From assembly GCA_002923315.1 (NCBI GenBank), contig BEHM01000014.1, positions 5,296 to 69,295 of the forward strand: DNA of 64,000 nucleotides, read 5' to 3'. Under the pieces are notes generated by a model. The model made no database searches, was not told the origin of the DNA, and saw nothing but the letters and a program-made list of their open reading frames with translations. Source of the stretch: a bacterium HR10 (GTDB taxonomy: Bacteria > Acidobacteriota > Blastocatellia > HR10). Of this stretch, positions 20,449 to 29,441 are shown piece by piece; positions within the stretch are counted from its first letter, which is position 1, and each line of letters starts with the position of its first letter. A program made the translations under genes and the position numbers.

Positions 20449-21362
20449 GGGGCCGAAGTCCGCTCTCCCGCTTCGTTGAGGCGCATCCGTCATGGTCCGG
20501 TGTCGCGCGCGCGCTGCGCATCACCTCGGCTGTTCTCGGCGCGCTTCGCGAGTGTCAGCTCGTCCTCCTGGACGCGCGCGTGCGGCCGATGCCGCGCTAT
20601 GGCTATGGCCGGCCGCCGCACACGCAGCTCTATGAGCGGCTCGATCGAGGCCGGGCGAGATATCGAGAACTGCTCACCAGCTTCTTGAGTTTTCAAGAGG
20701 CGCTGCTGAAGATTCCCCTGCTCAGCCTCGACGCGCGCGAGCCCTGTTGGGGAGGGGGCAATCTCTGGATCCCGGGGCTCGATGCGGTCAGCCTCTACGG
20801 ACTCATTCGCCTGTATGCCCCCCACCGATATGTCGAGATCGGATCCGGATATTCGACGCGCTTCGCCCATCGGGCGATTCGGGATGGTGGCCTCTCGACT
20901 GAGATCATCTCCATAGACCCGCGCCCTCGGGCGGAAGTGGCCGCGCTCTGCGATCGCGCGATTCGTCGCCGCTTGGAGGAGTTGGATCTTCAGCTCTTCG
21001 ACAAGCTGGAGGCCGGGGATATCCTCTTCGTGGATGGCTCCCATCGGTGCTTCATGAACTCGGACGTGACGATCACCTTCTTGGAGGTGCTGCCTCGGTT
21101 GAAGCCGGGCGTTCTCGTGCAGTTCCACGACGTCTTCCTCCCGTACGACTATCCGCCGCAGTGGGGAAGGCGGTACTATTCGGAGCAATATCTGTTGGCC
21201 GCGCGATTGCTCGCGGACGCGCCGGGCTTTGACATCCTTCTCCCCAATGCCTTCATCAGCCGAGATCCGGAGCTGTCGCGCGTGTTGGATCCGCTCTGGG
21301 AACATCTGCCCTGGAAGGGGGTGAATCGAAATGGAGCATCGTTCTGGATTCGAATCGCGTGA
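20445..21362 (+). CDS. methyltransferase-like protein (class I fold, Methyltransf_24-like)
   Basis: ATGA overlap with the upstream gene. YVEIGSGYSTRF glycine-rich loop and FVDGSH. Confidence 0.5.
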   Translation: MRGRSPLSRFVEAHPSWSGVARALRITSAVLGALRECQLVLLDARVRPMPRYGYGRPPHTQLYERLDRGRARYRELLTSFLSFQEALLKIPLLSLDAREPCWGGGNLWIPGLDAVSLYGLIRLYAPHRYVEIGSGYSTRFAHRAIRDGGLSTEIISIDPRPRAEVAALCDRAIRRRLEELDLQLFDKLEAGDILFVDGSHRCFMNSDVTITFLEVLPRLKPGVLVQFHDVFLPYDYPPQWGRRYYSEQYLLAARLLADAPGFDILLPNAFISRDPELSRVLDPLWEHLPWKGVNRNGASFWIRIA

Positions 21363-22224
21363 GCGCGCGTGTGGCGTCGCCGATCCGCACTTGTCCATTG
21401 AGCCGGTCCGAACGTTGAGACCACCCATCATTTTGGTCGGCATGCATCGTTCCGGTACATCGTTGCTGACGGCCGTGCTTCGCGAGTTCGGGTTGATCAC
21501 GGGCTTCAGTCTCAACAATGAGGAATCGGCCTTCTTCCATCGGCTGAACCTGTACATCGAGAGAGCGACGGGAGGGCGATGGGATGATCCCGAACCCATC
21601 GTGCGCGCTCACGCGGACGCGCACCTACTCCAACACATTGTGCGCCACTTGAAGAAGGAGGTGACGAGCCCGAAGATCATCCTCTACTTGGGTGTGCGCC
21701 GCTTTTGGCGCTATCGTTCCCTTGAGCGCGTTGATCAACCGTGGGGGTGGAAGGATCCGCGCAACACGTTCACCTTCGACTTCTGGCGACAGGTGTTCCC
21801 TCACGCGCGCGTCATTCATATCTATCGTCACGGCGTAGATGTCGCCGCGAGTCTGCGGGCGCGCGAAGTGAACTCTCGGGTGCAGGCCCTCTCTCACTAT
21901 GCCTCGACGCGGTGCCGCACGTTATCCGGGGCTTTCGGGCTATGGCGCGCCTACGTGGAGAAGGCGTTCTCGCTTCAGCCCGAGGATGGCGAGCGCGCCA
22001 TTCGGCACGTGCGGTATGAAGACTTCCTGGCCTCGCCGGAGCAAACGGTGCGGACGTTACTCGACTTTTGTGAGCTTCCCGTGCGTCCCGATGTCTTGCG
22101 CCGGATCACGGCGCGGCTCAAGCCCATGCGAGCGTTCGCCTTTCGGCGTGATCCCGAACTGCGCGCGTTTTATGAGGAGGTCAGGGACGATCCGTGGATG
22201 ATCCGTCTGGGATATTCGGACTAG
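21331..22224 (+). CDS. sulfotransferase family protein
   Basis: PAPS 5'-phosphosulfate-binding-type loop ILVGMHRSGTSLL, plus WKDPRN. The exact start is uncertain (ATG 21331 overlaps the upstream gene by 32 nt). Confidence 0.65.
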   Translation: MEHRSGFESRERACGVADPHLSIEPVRTLRPPIILVGMHRSGTSLLTAVLREFGLITGFSLNNEESAFFHRLNLYIERATGGRWDDPEPIVRAHADAHLLQHIVRHLKKEVTSPKIILYLGVRRFWRYRSLERVDQPWGWKDPRNTFTFDFWRQVFPHARVIHIYRHGVDVAASLRAREVNSRVQALSHYASTRCRTLSGAFGLWRAYVEKAFSLQPEDGERAIRHVRYEDFLASPEQTVRTLLDFCELPVRPDVLRRITARLKPMRAFAFRRDPELRAFYEEVRDDPWMIRLGYSD

Positions 22225-22227
22225 CGT

Positions 22228-23151
22228 ATGGCGCGCCATTCATGCACCATTGTCGCTTCCATGTACAACGCTCGACCCGAGGTCCTGGAGGTGATCGAGC
22301 GGCTCTTTCTGCCGAGCCTGATTCGCAATGCGTCTTCGGACCTGCAATTCATCCTGCTCGATGATGCCTCTCCGCTCCGGGAGCAGACCGAACGCATGGT
22401 CGCGCGATTCGCTCCCGAGCTGCGGGCCGCGTTCGGCGATTTTCAGTTCGTGCGGAATCCCAGGAACTTGGGGTTCGCCGGAAGCTACAATCGCGGGATG
22501 CGTCGGGCCGAGGGAGAACACGTTGTGCTCCTCAATGATGACGTGTACCTCCCGCGAGGCTCCCTGCAGCGCCTCCTGGAGGTCCTGCGGAGCGAACCCG
22601 GAGCCGGGCTTGTCGGACCGGTGACGAATTGGGTCTGCGGGTACCAGAACACGCATCTCTTCCCCCGCCTGAGAGATTTCTCTCCGGCTGAGCTGGAGCG
22701 GATCGAGCGCTTCGCCGAACGGTTGAGACGATGCATGGGATGGTGCGTGATCCCCGTCCCCCGGCTCATCGGATTTTGCCTCGTCATTTCGGGTGACCTC
22801 ATTCGGGACGTCGGATACCTGGATGAGTCCTTCGCGCACGGCCTCTATGAGGATGACGACTACTGCCTGCGGGCGCGAAAAGCCGGGTATCGGATTCTGC
22901 TGGACGCTTCGACCTTCGTCGAGCATGGCGGGCCGCGCGGTGGGGGCATGTCGTTTCGGCAGCATTTCCTGAAGACGCTGGCGGCGGCTTTCGCTAATGG
23001 CGCGCGCCTGGCGAGGAAACATGATCTCCCGCTTTCGGCTCTCGTTCGGCAGAGCATTGAGGGGTTCGTGCAATTCTTCCTCGACTGGAACACGGTCACC
23101 GCGCGGTTGAGGCCGTATTGGGCGAACGGGATGGAGGACGCCGATGCATGA
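22228..23151 (+). CDS. family 2 glycosyltransferase
   Basis: GT-A core IVASMYNARPE, ILLDDASP, LLNDDV. Confidence 0.75.
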   Translation: MARHSCTIVASMYNARPEVLEVIERLFLPSLIRNASSDLQFILLDDASPLREQTERMVARFAPELRAAFGDFQFVRNPRNLGFAGSYNRGMRRAEGEHVVLLNDDVYLPRGSLQRLLEVLRSEPGAGLVGPVTNWVCGYQNTHLFPRLRDFSPAELERIERFAERLRRCMGWCVIPVPRLIGFCLVISGDLIRDVGYLDESFAHGLYEDDDYCLRARKAGYRILLDASTFVEHGGPRGGGMSFRQHFLKTLAAAFANGARLARKHDLPLSALVRQSIEGFVQFFLDWNTVTARLRPYWANGMEDADA

Positions 23152-23989
23152 GCGCGACGTGATCCTCACGGGGATCCCTCGATCGGGGACGACGCTTGCC
23201 TGCTGGTTGTTGAACCAGCTCTCGGACGTCGTCGCCTTGGTCGAACCATGGATAGGGGGGCGGTTTTGGCTGGGACGTTGGAATCCGGAGCGCGCGTGCC
23301 GTAGCCTGAGCCGATTTTTCGAGAGCGCGCGCCGACAGGTCCTACGGCGCCGGTTGGCCCCATCTTGCCAGATCAACGGTCAGATCCCAACGAATCTGGT
23401 GGAGGAACGACGCGCTGACCGAACAAGGCGGCCGATCGCCCGCTTGGGGAGGGTTCGCATCGAGAAGCGCCTCTCCCCGTCATTCTGGCTCATCGTCAAG
23501 CATCCCGCTCCTTTCACGGCGCTTTTGGATCAGCTCGCGCACCATTTCCCCACGTATGCCATCGTTCGCCATCCTCTGGCCGTCTTAGCTTCCTGGAATT
23601 CCGTCTCCCTCCCCGTGTCGGAAGGGCATGTGCCTGCTGCCGAGTGGCTGAATCCTGCTTTCAGGCGGGCGCTCTCCCGCTTCCAGGATCGGTGGGATCG
23701 GCAAGTGTATCTGCTCGGATGGTTCTTCGAGACCTATCGGCGCGTTCTCCCATCGGAGGCGATCTTGCGCTACGAGGACATCGTCGCTTCCGGTGGGCGA
23801 GCGCTCCGGGCGATCGTTCCCGAAGCGGCTGCGCTCAACATCCCGTTGGCGAATCGGAACGCGAGTCCCTTGTATGATGCGGCGCTCATGCGGGCGCTCG
23901 CCGAGCGGTTGCTTCGAACTGATGGCCCGTATTGGCATTTCTACTCGCGGGAGAGCGTGGAGTCGTTGATCCAGGAGATGAGCCGGTGA
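23144..23989 (+). CDS. sulfotransferase-like P-loop protein
   Basis: N-terminal VILTGIPRSGTTLACWLLN loop, like sulfotransferase PSB loops. Overlaps the upstream stop by 8 nt. Confidence 0.5.
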   Translation: MHERDVILTGIPRSGTTLACWLLNQLSDVVALVEPWIGGRFWLGRWNPERACRSLSRFFESARRQVLRRRLAPSCQINGQIPTNLVEERRADRTRRPIARLGRVRIEKRLSPSFWLIVKHPAPFTALLDQLAHHFPTYAIVRHPLAVLASWNSVSLPVSEGHVPAAEWLNPAFRRALSRFQDRWDRQVYLLGWFFETYRRVLPSEAILRYEDIVASGGRALRAIVPEAAALNIPLANRNASPLYDAALMRALAERLLRTDGPYWHFYSRESVESLIQEMSR

Positions 23990-25002
23990 TGCGCTTGGCC
24001 GTCTTGACCCGCTCCGTTGACGCGCCGAGCCATCGCGTATATCGGGAGAACCTTGTCTCGGCGTTCTCGGCCGTGGGGATCGAAGTGGTGCCCTTCAAGC
24101 GAAGGGGGCCGATCCCTCGCGGATGCGATGTCGTGTGGGATCCTGGTCTCGGCCTGCGCCCGATCCCTCCCGTCTTGCGGGAAAGCCCCATTCCCGTCGT
24201 CGTGACGTTTCACGGTGCGCGCATCTTCTCCCCGATGTACATCGCGCGGGGGGAGCGGGCGCTTGCCCGCTTATACCATCCGTGGTTGAAGAGGAGCCTG
24301 CTGCGGGACCGAGCCTGGTTTCGCGAGATCGTGGCGGCTGTCATCGCGCCCTCACAGTTTGCCGCACAGGAGGCGGCCGAGGTCCTCCGTGTCCCGCCGG
24401 AGAAAGTTCACGTCGTCCCGCACGGTGTGGATCACAGGATCTTCACGCCAGATGGCGACGATCTGGTGCGCGAGCGCCCGTATCTGCTGCACATCTATGG
24501 GCGGAATCCGATGAAGAACACCGAGCGGGTCATCGCCGCGTATGCCCGTTTGCCGGAAGCGTCGCGTCCCGATCTGGTCGTGATCTCTCCCTGGGACTGG
24601 TTCGTGCCTCGGGTTCGGGGAGTGGTCGTTATCCGTCGTCTCCTCTCGCAGCGCGAGCTGGCCGGGTGGTATCGCGGGGCCCTGGGACTCGTCGCCCCTT
24701 CCTTGCGCGAGACGTTCGGGCTCACGCTGCTGGAAGCCATGGCCTGTGGCTGTCCCGTGATCACCTCCGATCGCACGGGCTGCGCGGAGGTCGTGGGGGA
24801 GGCGGCTGTGCTCGTCAATCCCTATTCGGTCGAGGAGATCGCCCGGGCCATGCAGCGGGTGATCGAGGATGGCGCCCTGCGCGAGCGTTTGCGCGAGCAG
24901 GGGCTGATTCGAGCACGCGCCTTCAGTTGGACCCGCTCCGCCGCCGCGCACAGGCAGGTGTTTTCCACCGTCGTGACCGGAGAGCGCTCGCGCTGCTTGT
25001 GA
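23989..25002 (+). CDS. GT-B glycosyltransferase, family 4-like
   Basis: The start overlaps the upstream TGA. ETFGLTLLEAMACGCPVITSDRTG (E-x7-E region). Confidence 0.8.
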   Translation: MRLAVLTRSVDAPSHRVYRENLVSAFSAVGIEVVPFKRRGPIPRGCDVVWDPGLGLRPIPPVLRESPIPVVVTFHGARIFSPMYIARGERALARLYHPWLKRSLLRDRAWFREIVAAVIAPSQFAAQEAAEVLRVPPEKVHVVPHGVDHRIFTPDGDDLVRERPYLLHIYGRNPMKNTERVIAAYARLPEASRPDLVVISPWDWFVPRVRGVVVIRRLLSQRELAGWYRGALGLVAPSLRETFGLTLLEAMACGCPVITSDRTGCAEVVGEAAVLVNPYSVEEIARAMQRVIEDGALRERLREQGLIRARAFSWTRSAAAHRQVFSTVVTGERSRCL

Positions 25003-25099
25003 TCGCTCCCGCCGCCAGCGCGCGATCCCCGGTTTCTTTTCCCTCGCGGGCGCGATACAATGAATCTCGTTCAGAGGCCGAGCGAAGGAGTGTGAGACC

Positions 25100-26197
25100 T
25101 TGTTGCGCGTGGGAATCATCGGGCTGCCGAACGTGGGGAAGTCCACGCTTTTCAATGCCCTCTTGCGCGGGCATGTGGCCGAGGTCGCTCCGTACCCCTT
25201 CTCGACGGTGGATCGCAACGTGGGGATCATCGCCGTGCCGGATGAGCGGCTCGCGCCACTGGCGCGCGTCTATCGCACATCGGTGATCGTCCCGGCGACG
25301 ATTGAGGTCGTGGACATCGCCGGGCTCGTGCGCGGCGCGCATCGCGGCGAGGGGTTGGGGAATCAGTTCCTCGCGCACATCCGCGAGATGGATGCGCTCG
25401 TCGAGGTTGTGCGGTGTTTCGAAGCCGGGAGCATCGCGCACGTGGAGGGGACGCTCGATCCCATTCGCGATATGGAGACCATCGAGATGGAGTTGGCGTT
25501 GGCGGATCTGGCGACCGTGGAACGGCGGAAGGAGAAGGCGCTGCGGCAGGCGAAGGTCGGGGACAAGGCGGCGGCTCTGGAGCTCTCGGTCCTGGAGAAG
25601 CTCGAAGCGGCGCTGAATGCCGGAATTCCCGTGCGTCGGCTGTCGCTCTCTGAGGATGAGCGCGCTCTGGTTCGGCAGCTTTTCCTGCTCACGGCCAAAC
25701 CGAAGATTTACGCCGTGAACGTGAGCGAAGGGGATCTCGGGCGCGAGACCCCGTGCATCGCGCGCGTGCGCGAGCGGGCGCGGGCCTGGGAGACAGAGGT
25801 GGTCGTCCTCTGCGCGCAATTGGAGGCGGAGCTGGCTGATCTCAGCGAGGAGGAAGCGGCTGAGTATCTGGCCAGCCTCGGCGTGACGAGCACGGGCGTG
25901 CGCGAGCTGATTCGCGCGGCCTATCGGCAGCTCGGGCTCATCACCTTCTTCACCGGCAATGAGAAGGAGGTGCACGCGTGGGCTGTGAAAGAAGGGACGA
26001 AAGCGCCGCAAGCGGCCGGGCTCATCCACTCCGATTTCGAGCGTGGGTTCATCGCCGCCGAAGTGATCTCATTCACGGACCTCATCGCTGCCGGCTCTGT
26101 GGCCAAGGCGCGCGAGCATGGCTTGATTCGTCTCGAAGGGCGCGAGTACGTCGTGCGCGAGGGCGATGTGATCTACTTCCGATTTCACGTATCGTGA
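25100..26197 (+). CDS. ychF: redox-regulated ribosome-binding ATPase YchF
   Basis: [15 protein letters not shown]-loop (TTG start) and a YchF C-terminal domain ([10 protein letters not shown]). Confidence 0.9.
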   Translation: MLRVGIIGLPNVGKSTLFNALLRGHVAEVAPYPFSTVDRNVGIIAVPDERLAPLARVYRTSVIVPATIEVVDIAGLVRGAHRGEGLGNQFLAHIREMDALVEVVRCFEAGSIAHVEGTLDPIRDMETIEMELALADLATVERRKEKALRQAKVGDKAAALELSVLEKLEAALNAGIPVRRLSLSEDERALVRQLFLLTAKPKIYAVNVSEGDLGRETPCIARVRERARAWETEVVVLCAQLEAELADLSEEEAAEYLASLGVTSTGVRELIRAAYRQLGLITFFTGNEKEVHAWAVKEGTKAPQAAGLIHSDFERGFIAAEVISFTDLIAAGSVAKAREHGLIRLEGREYVVREGDVIYFRFHVS

Positions 26198-26298
26198 GGG
26201 GAACGCGCGCGAGCGCTCAATATACGCTGATGCTGATTGATCTGGTGCATGCATTCGTGTAGAGGGAGAACGCGCGCGAGCGCTCAATATACGCTGAT
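26196..26298. repeat. 31-bp exact direct repeat (GAACGCGCGCGAGCGCTCAATATACGCTGAT) x2, 36-bp spacer
   Basis: Copies at 26201-26231 and 26268-26298. Both are preceded by GAGGG, with a 1-nt indel between them. Copy 2 contains the last 15 nt (including the stop codon) of the minus-strand SAM synthetase gene. Confidence 0.9.
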
Positions 26299-27474
26299 CT
26301 CCCCCTCGATCAGCTTGCGCCAGAGGGAGGGGAGTTCGTCGAGCTTCGCCATCGCCAGTTGGGACGCCTGGCCGCGAAGGCCGCGCGTGAGCCGCCGCGC
26401 GCGCAGTTTCAGATTCACGATCTGAGGTTGCGTGATCGGTCGGCCGATCTGGCCGAGGATATAACAATACGCCTCCTCGACCTCCTCGAGTTGTTCGAGG
26501 ACCTGTTCGGCGATGCGTCGGGCCGTGATGTTGTAGAGCTTGCCCACGTGGCTGATCGGATTCTTCCCCGCCGTCGCCTCCAGGCTCATCGGGCGGAAGG
26601 GCGTGATCAGGCCGTTGACCCGATTCCCGCGGCCGACCTGTCCGTCGTCGCCCGCTTCGGCGCTCGTCCCCGTGAGCGTGAGATACACGGAGCCTTTCGT
26701 CTCATCATCGGCCGGGTTGACCTGTACGGTGACCGTGCGGTCCGAGAGCCGTTCGGCGAGCTGCGCGATCTCGCTTTGAATCGCCCGCTTCTTCTCCCGA
26801 TAGTCCGAGAGGTCGCGAACATGAGCGGAGACGAAGGCGATGGCGACCGTCAGCGTGACCTCCTCGCCGCGTCGCAGACCCATCACCTTGATGTCCTCAC
26901 CGATCTCCGGATGCGCGGCTTTCACAGGCTCCGAGTTCAGGAATCGCTCCGTCTCGTAGACAGTGCGTTCGAGCGAGGTCAGCGGGGCATAGCCGACGCC
27001 GAACGAGGTATCGTTGGCGAGCGGCGTCGTCGTAGCGCGGTGGAAGAGGTCCACGAGATCGGCGCTGCCCGGTCGGATCACGCACTGCAGGCGCATGTGC
27101 CGCTCGGGATCGAGATGTCGGAAGTGGGTCCGGATCCATGCCGTCGCCGCGTCGCGGTAGAGCTCTTCGATCGGCACGCGCTGCTCAGCGACCTGGAGCG
27201 TCGCGCGCCCGACTAAGGTGAAGAGGATGGGGTCGAGCATCTCCCCACCGCCGAAGCGCGGGATCGTGCGCCCGCCGACGAGCAGCGCCTTGTCGAGGTT
27301 GTAGTGGAGGACGCGGCCGAATTCCCGTTCGTAATAGCGGCAGAGGGCGATGCTCGTAGCTTCGGCGATCCCGTCGCACATGGTGTCCGGGTGTCCGATC
27401 CCCTTCCGCTCGACGATCTCGACCTCCAGCTCTTCGACTCTCGGAAAATCGAGATGATCCACAACGATCATCAT
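26284..27474 (-). CDS. S-adenosylmethionine synthetase, archaeal type
   Basis: VERKGIGHPDTMCDGIAE near the N-terminus and LTGTSAEAGDDGQVGRGNRVNGLITP. This layout is characteristic of the archaeal-type MAT family, not of bacterial MetK. Confidence 0.8.
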   Translation of the reverse strand: MMIVVDHLDFPRVEELEVEIVERKGIGHPDTMCDGIAEATSIALCRYYEREFGRVLHYNLDKALLVGGRTIPRFGGGEMLDPILFTLVGRATLQVAEQRVPIEELYRDAATAWIRTHFRHLDPERHMRLQCVIRPGSADLVDLFHRATTTPLANDTSFGVGYAPLTSLERTVYETERFLNSEPVKAAHPEIGEDIKVMGLRRGEEVTLTVAIAFVSAHVRDLSDYREKKRAIQSEIAQLAERLSDRTVTVQVNPADDETKGSVYLTLTGTSAEAGDDGQVGRGNRVNGLITPFRPMSLEATAGKNPISHVGKLYNITARRIAEQVLEQLEEVEEAYCYILGQIGRPITQPQIVNLKLRARRLTRGLRGQASQLAMAKLDELPSLWRKLIEGEISVY

Positions 27475-27678
27475 CGGCGCTCACATCCCCGTTTTCGGCG
27501 TTCGCTAAACTGTATACCAGGCCGAGGGCGTTCGTCTAGATGCTCCGGAGGATTTCTCAGGGGAGCGCAGCGCCACTGTGCCGCGCGCGGTGCGCGTGCT
27601 AAAATACCGCGCTCTGTCGCAGGGCGAGCGTTAAACAGCGGAAGGGGCGTTCCGCGCATCTTCGTCGAGAGGGGAGGC

Positions 27679-29337
27679 ATGATGAACGCACTGCGCTGGT
27701 TCGTCGGTGTCCTCGTCTTCGCCGCCGTCGTGGCCGCGTTCTCCGGTGGGCCGGATCCTGGATTGACAGGGGCTCCTGGGGAGCGAACCTGCACGGTCTG
27801 TCATTCCGGGCGCGTGAATCCCGATGATCGAGGGAGGGTGCGACTCGAAGGCGTGCCTGGCGGCTATATCCCTGGTGAGCGCTACATCCTCTCGCTCTCG
27901 GTCACCCATCCGGATCCGGATCGGCGGCGGTGGGGATTTCAGCTGACGGCGCTCACGAGCGTGGAGAATGCGCCGGCCGGGGATTTCCCCGTCGTGGAGG
28001 GGAATCGGGGATCGGCTGATCCCATACGGACGCAACGGGAGATTGGCGGCCCCGGAGGTCGCCGGCAGTATATGTCGCATACGGCGGAGAGCACGAGCGA
28101 TCTCTCCAGGCGTGGCGGCGACCGTTGGGTGATCGCGTGGGATGCCCCTTCGGAGGACCGTGGAGGGGTGACGTTTTATGCGGCGGGGAATGCGGCCAAC
28201 GGGGATAGAACCCCCCTCGGGGATAAGATCTTCACCGCCGCGTTCTCGATCTCGGGAGTCCTGCGCTTCATCCCGGAGGAAGCTTTTGCGGCGCCCTTTG
28301 TTTCCCCCATCACGGCATTCGCGTGGGAGGATTTCGATGGAGACGAATTTCCCGATCTCTTCATCATCGGGGAGGGGCAGTATTTCCTCTTTCGGAATGA
28401 CCGCGGGCGGCTTGTGGATGTGACCGCAGCGTCGGGCATTCCGCGCTTCGGCATGGGGCGCGCCGCCGCCTGGGGAGATTACAATGGCGATGGGCGCTTG
28501 GATCTCTACGTCGTCAACGACGGGCAAGATCTCCTGCTCCGCAATGAGGGGATGAGCGGAGAAGCTCCCGTGTTCCGTGAGGTGGCCATCTCGGCGGGGA
28601 TTATCGAAGCGGCGTCTGGCCGCGCGGCGGCTTGGGGCGATTTCGATGGGGACGGATGGCTGGATCTCTACGTCGTCAATGACGGACAGGATGTCCTCTA
28701 TCGGAATCAGGGCGATGGGACGTTCGCCGCGGTGGATCCTCACGCAGCCGGCCTCTCCGAGAATGCGAGGGGTCGCGCGGCTGCCTGGAGGGATTTCGAC
28801 GGCGATGGACGGTTGGATCTCTATGTGGCGAATGAAGGGCCGGATTTCCTCTATCGCAATCTCGGTGGCGGGAGGTTTCAAAACATCGCTCCCTCGGCCG
28901 GGATTCGTCAGGACGGGATCAGCGTGGCCGTCGCGTGGTTCGATTTCGATCGGGATGGCCGAGCGGACATCTTCGTGGTTCGGGAGGGGCAAGACATGTT
29001 ATATCGCAATCGTGGCGACGGGACTTTCGAGGTCGTAGATCCCGACGTGGCGGGATACACCGATGAGGGAACCGGGGGCGTACTCGCCGTCGCCGATTTC
29101 GATGGGGATGGCCGCGAGGACATCTTCGTGGCGAAGGCCGGGGCCGTCTTCCTGTTTCGGAATCGAGGCGATGGCACGTTCGGTCGGATTCTCGGGAAGC
29201 CCGGCGTTGACGTGGCGCCCATGTCTTCCCCTCGCGGTGCTGCGTGGGTTGATGTTGATCGGGACGGGCATGTGGATCTCTTCGTCGCGGATGGCGATGG
29301 TGGGCATGCGCTCTATCTGGGGAAGATCGGGGGATGA
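27679..29337 (+). CDS. secreted protein: N-terminal single CxxCH domain fused to FG-GAP/VCBS (CRTAC1-like) beta-propeller repeats
   Basis: GAGAGGGGAGG SD plus ATG at 27679. Signal peptide MMNALRWFVGVLVFAAVVAAF. CTVCHSG motif. At least 6 repeats of the type AAWGDFDGDGxLDLYVVNDGQDxLYRNxGDGTF. The ORF portion upstream of 27679 is antisense to the SAM synthetase gene. Confidence 0.7.
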   Translation: MMNALRWFVGVLVFAAVVAAFSGGPDPGLTGAPGERTCTVCHSGRVNPDDRGRVRLEGVPGGYIPGERYILSLSVTHPDPDRRRWGFQLTALTSVENAPAGDFPVVEGNRGSADPIRTQREIGGPGGRRQYMSHTAESTSDLSRRGGDRWVIAWDAPSEDRGGVTFYAAGNAANGDRTPLGDKIFTAAFSISGVLRFIPEEAFAAPFVSPITAFAWEDFDGDEFPDLFIIGEGQYFLFRNDRGRLVDVTAASGIPRFGMGRAAAWGDYNGDGRLDLYVVNDGQDLLLRNEGMSGEAPVFREVAISAGIIEAASGRAAAWGDFDGDGWLDLYVVNDGQDVLYRNQGDGTFAAVDPHAAGLSENARGRAAAWRDFDGDGRLDLYVANEGPDFLYRNLGGGRFQNIAPSAGIRQDGISVAVAWFDFDRDGRADIFVVREGQDMLYRNRGDGTFEVVDPDVAGYTDEGTGGVLAVADFDGDGREDIFVAKAGAVFLFRNRGDGTFGRILGKPGVDVAPMSSPRGAAWVDVDRDGHVDLFVADGDGGHALYLGKIGG

Positions 29338-29441
29338 GCCCACGCGCATGTCCATCCATTAGGGTGAGCGGCGGTGGATACGCCGAGCTTTCGGCCGGGT
29401 GTTCTTGAAGCCGCGTAGGAGATTTGGTATGGTTTTCCCCC

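Noticed and set aside
26196-26298. The 31-bp direct repeats as a mini CRISPR array.
   Set aside because: Only two copies are present, no cas genes are in the window, and one copy is part of a coding sequence. A duplication or junction scar fits better.
27475-27678. Possible SAM riboswitch in the 204-nt leader region upstream of the SAM synthetase gene (minus strand).
   Set aside because: Reading the minus-strand RNA, I could not find the conserved cores of SAM-I, SAM-II/V or SAM-IV-like motifs. An Infernal/Rfam scan would be needed to be sure.
29338-29441. Possible Moco riboswitch upstream of moeA.
   Set aside because: The region has only 104 nt, with one small hairpin (GCCGA-gctt-TCGGC). 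The conserved Moco-motif elements I remember are absent.
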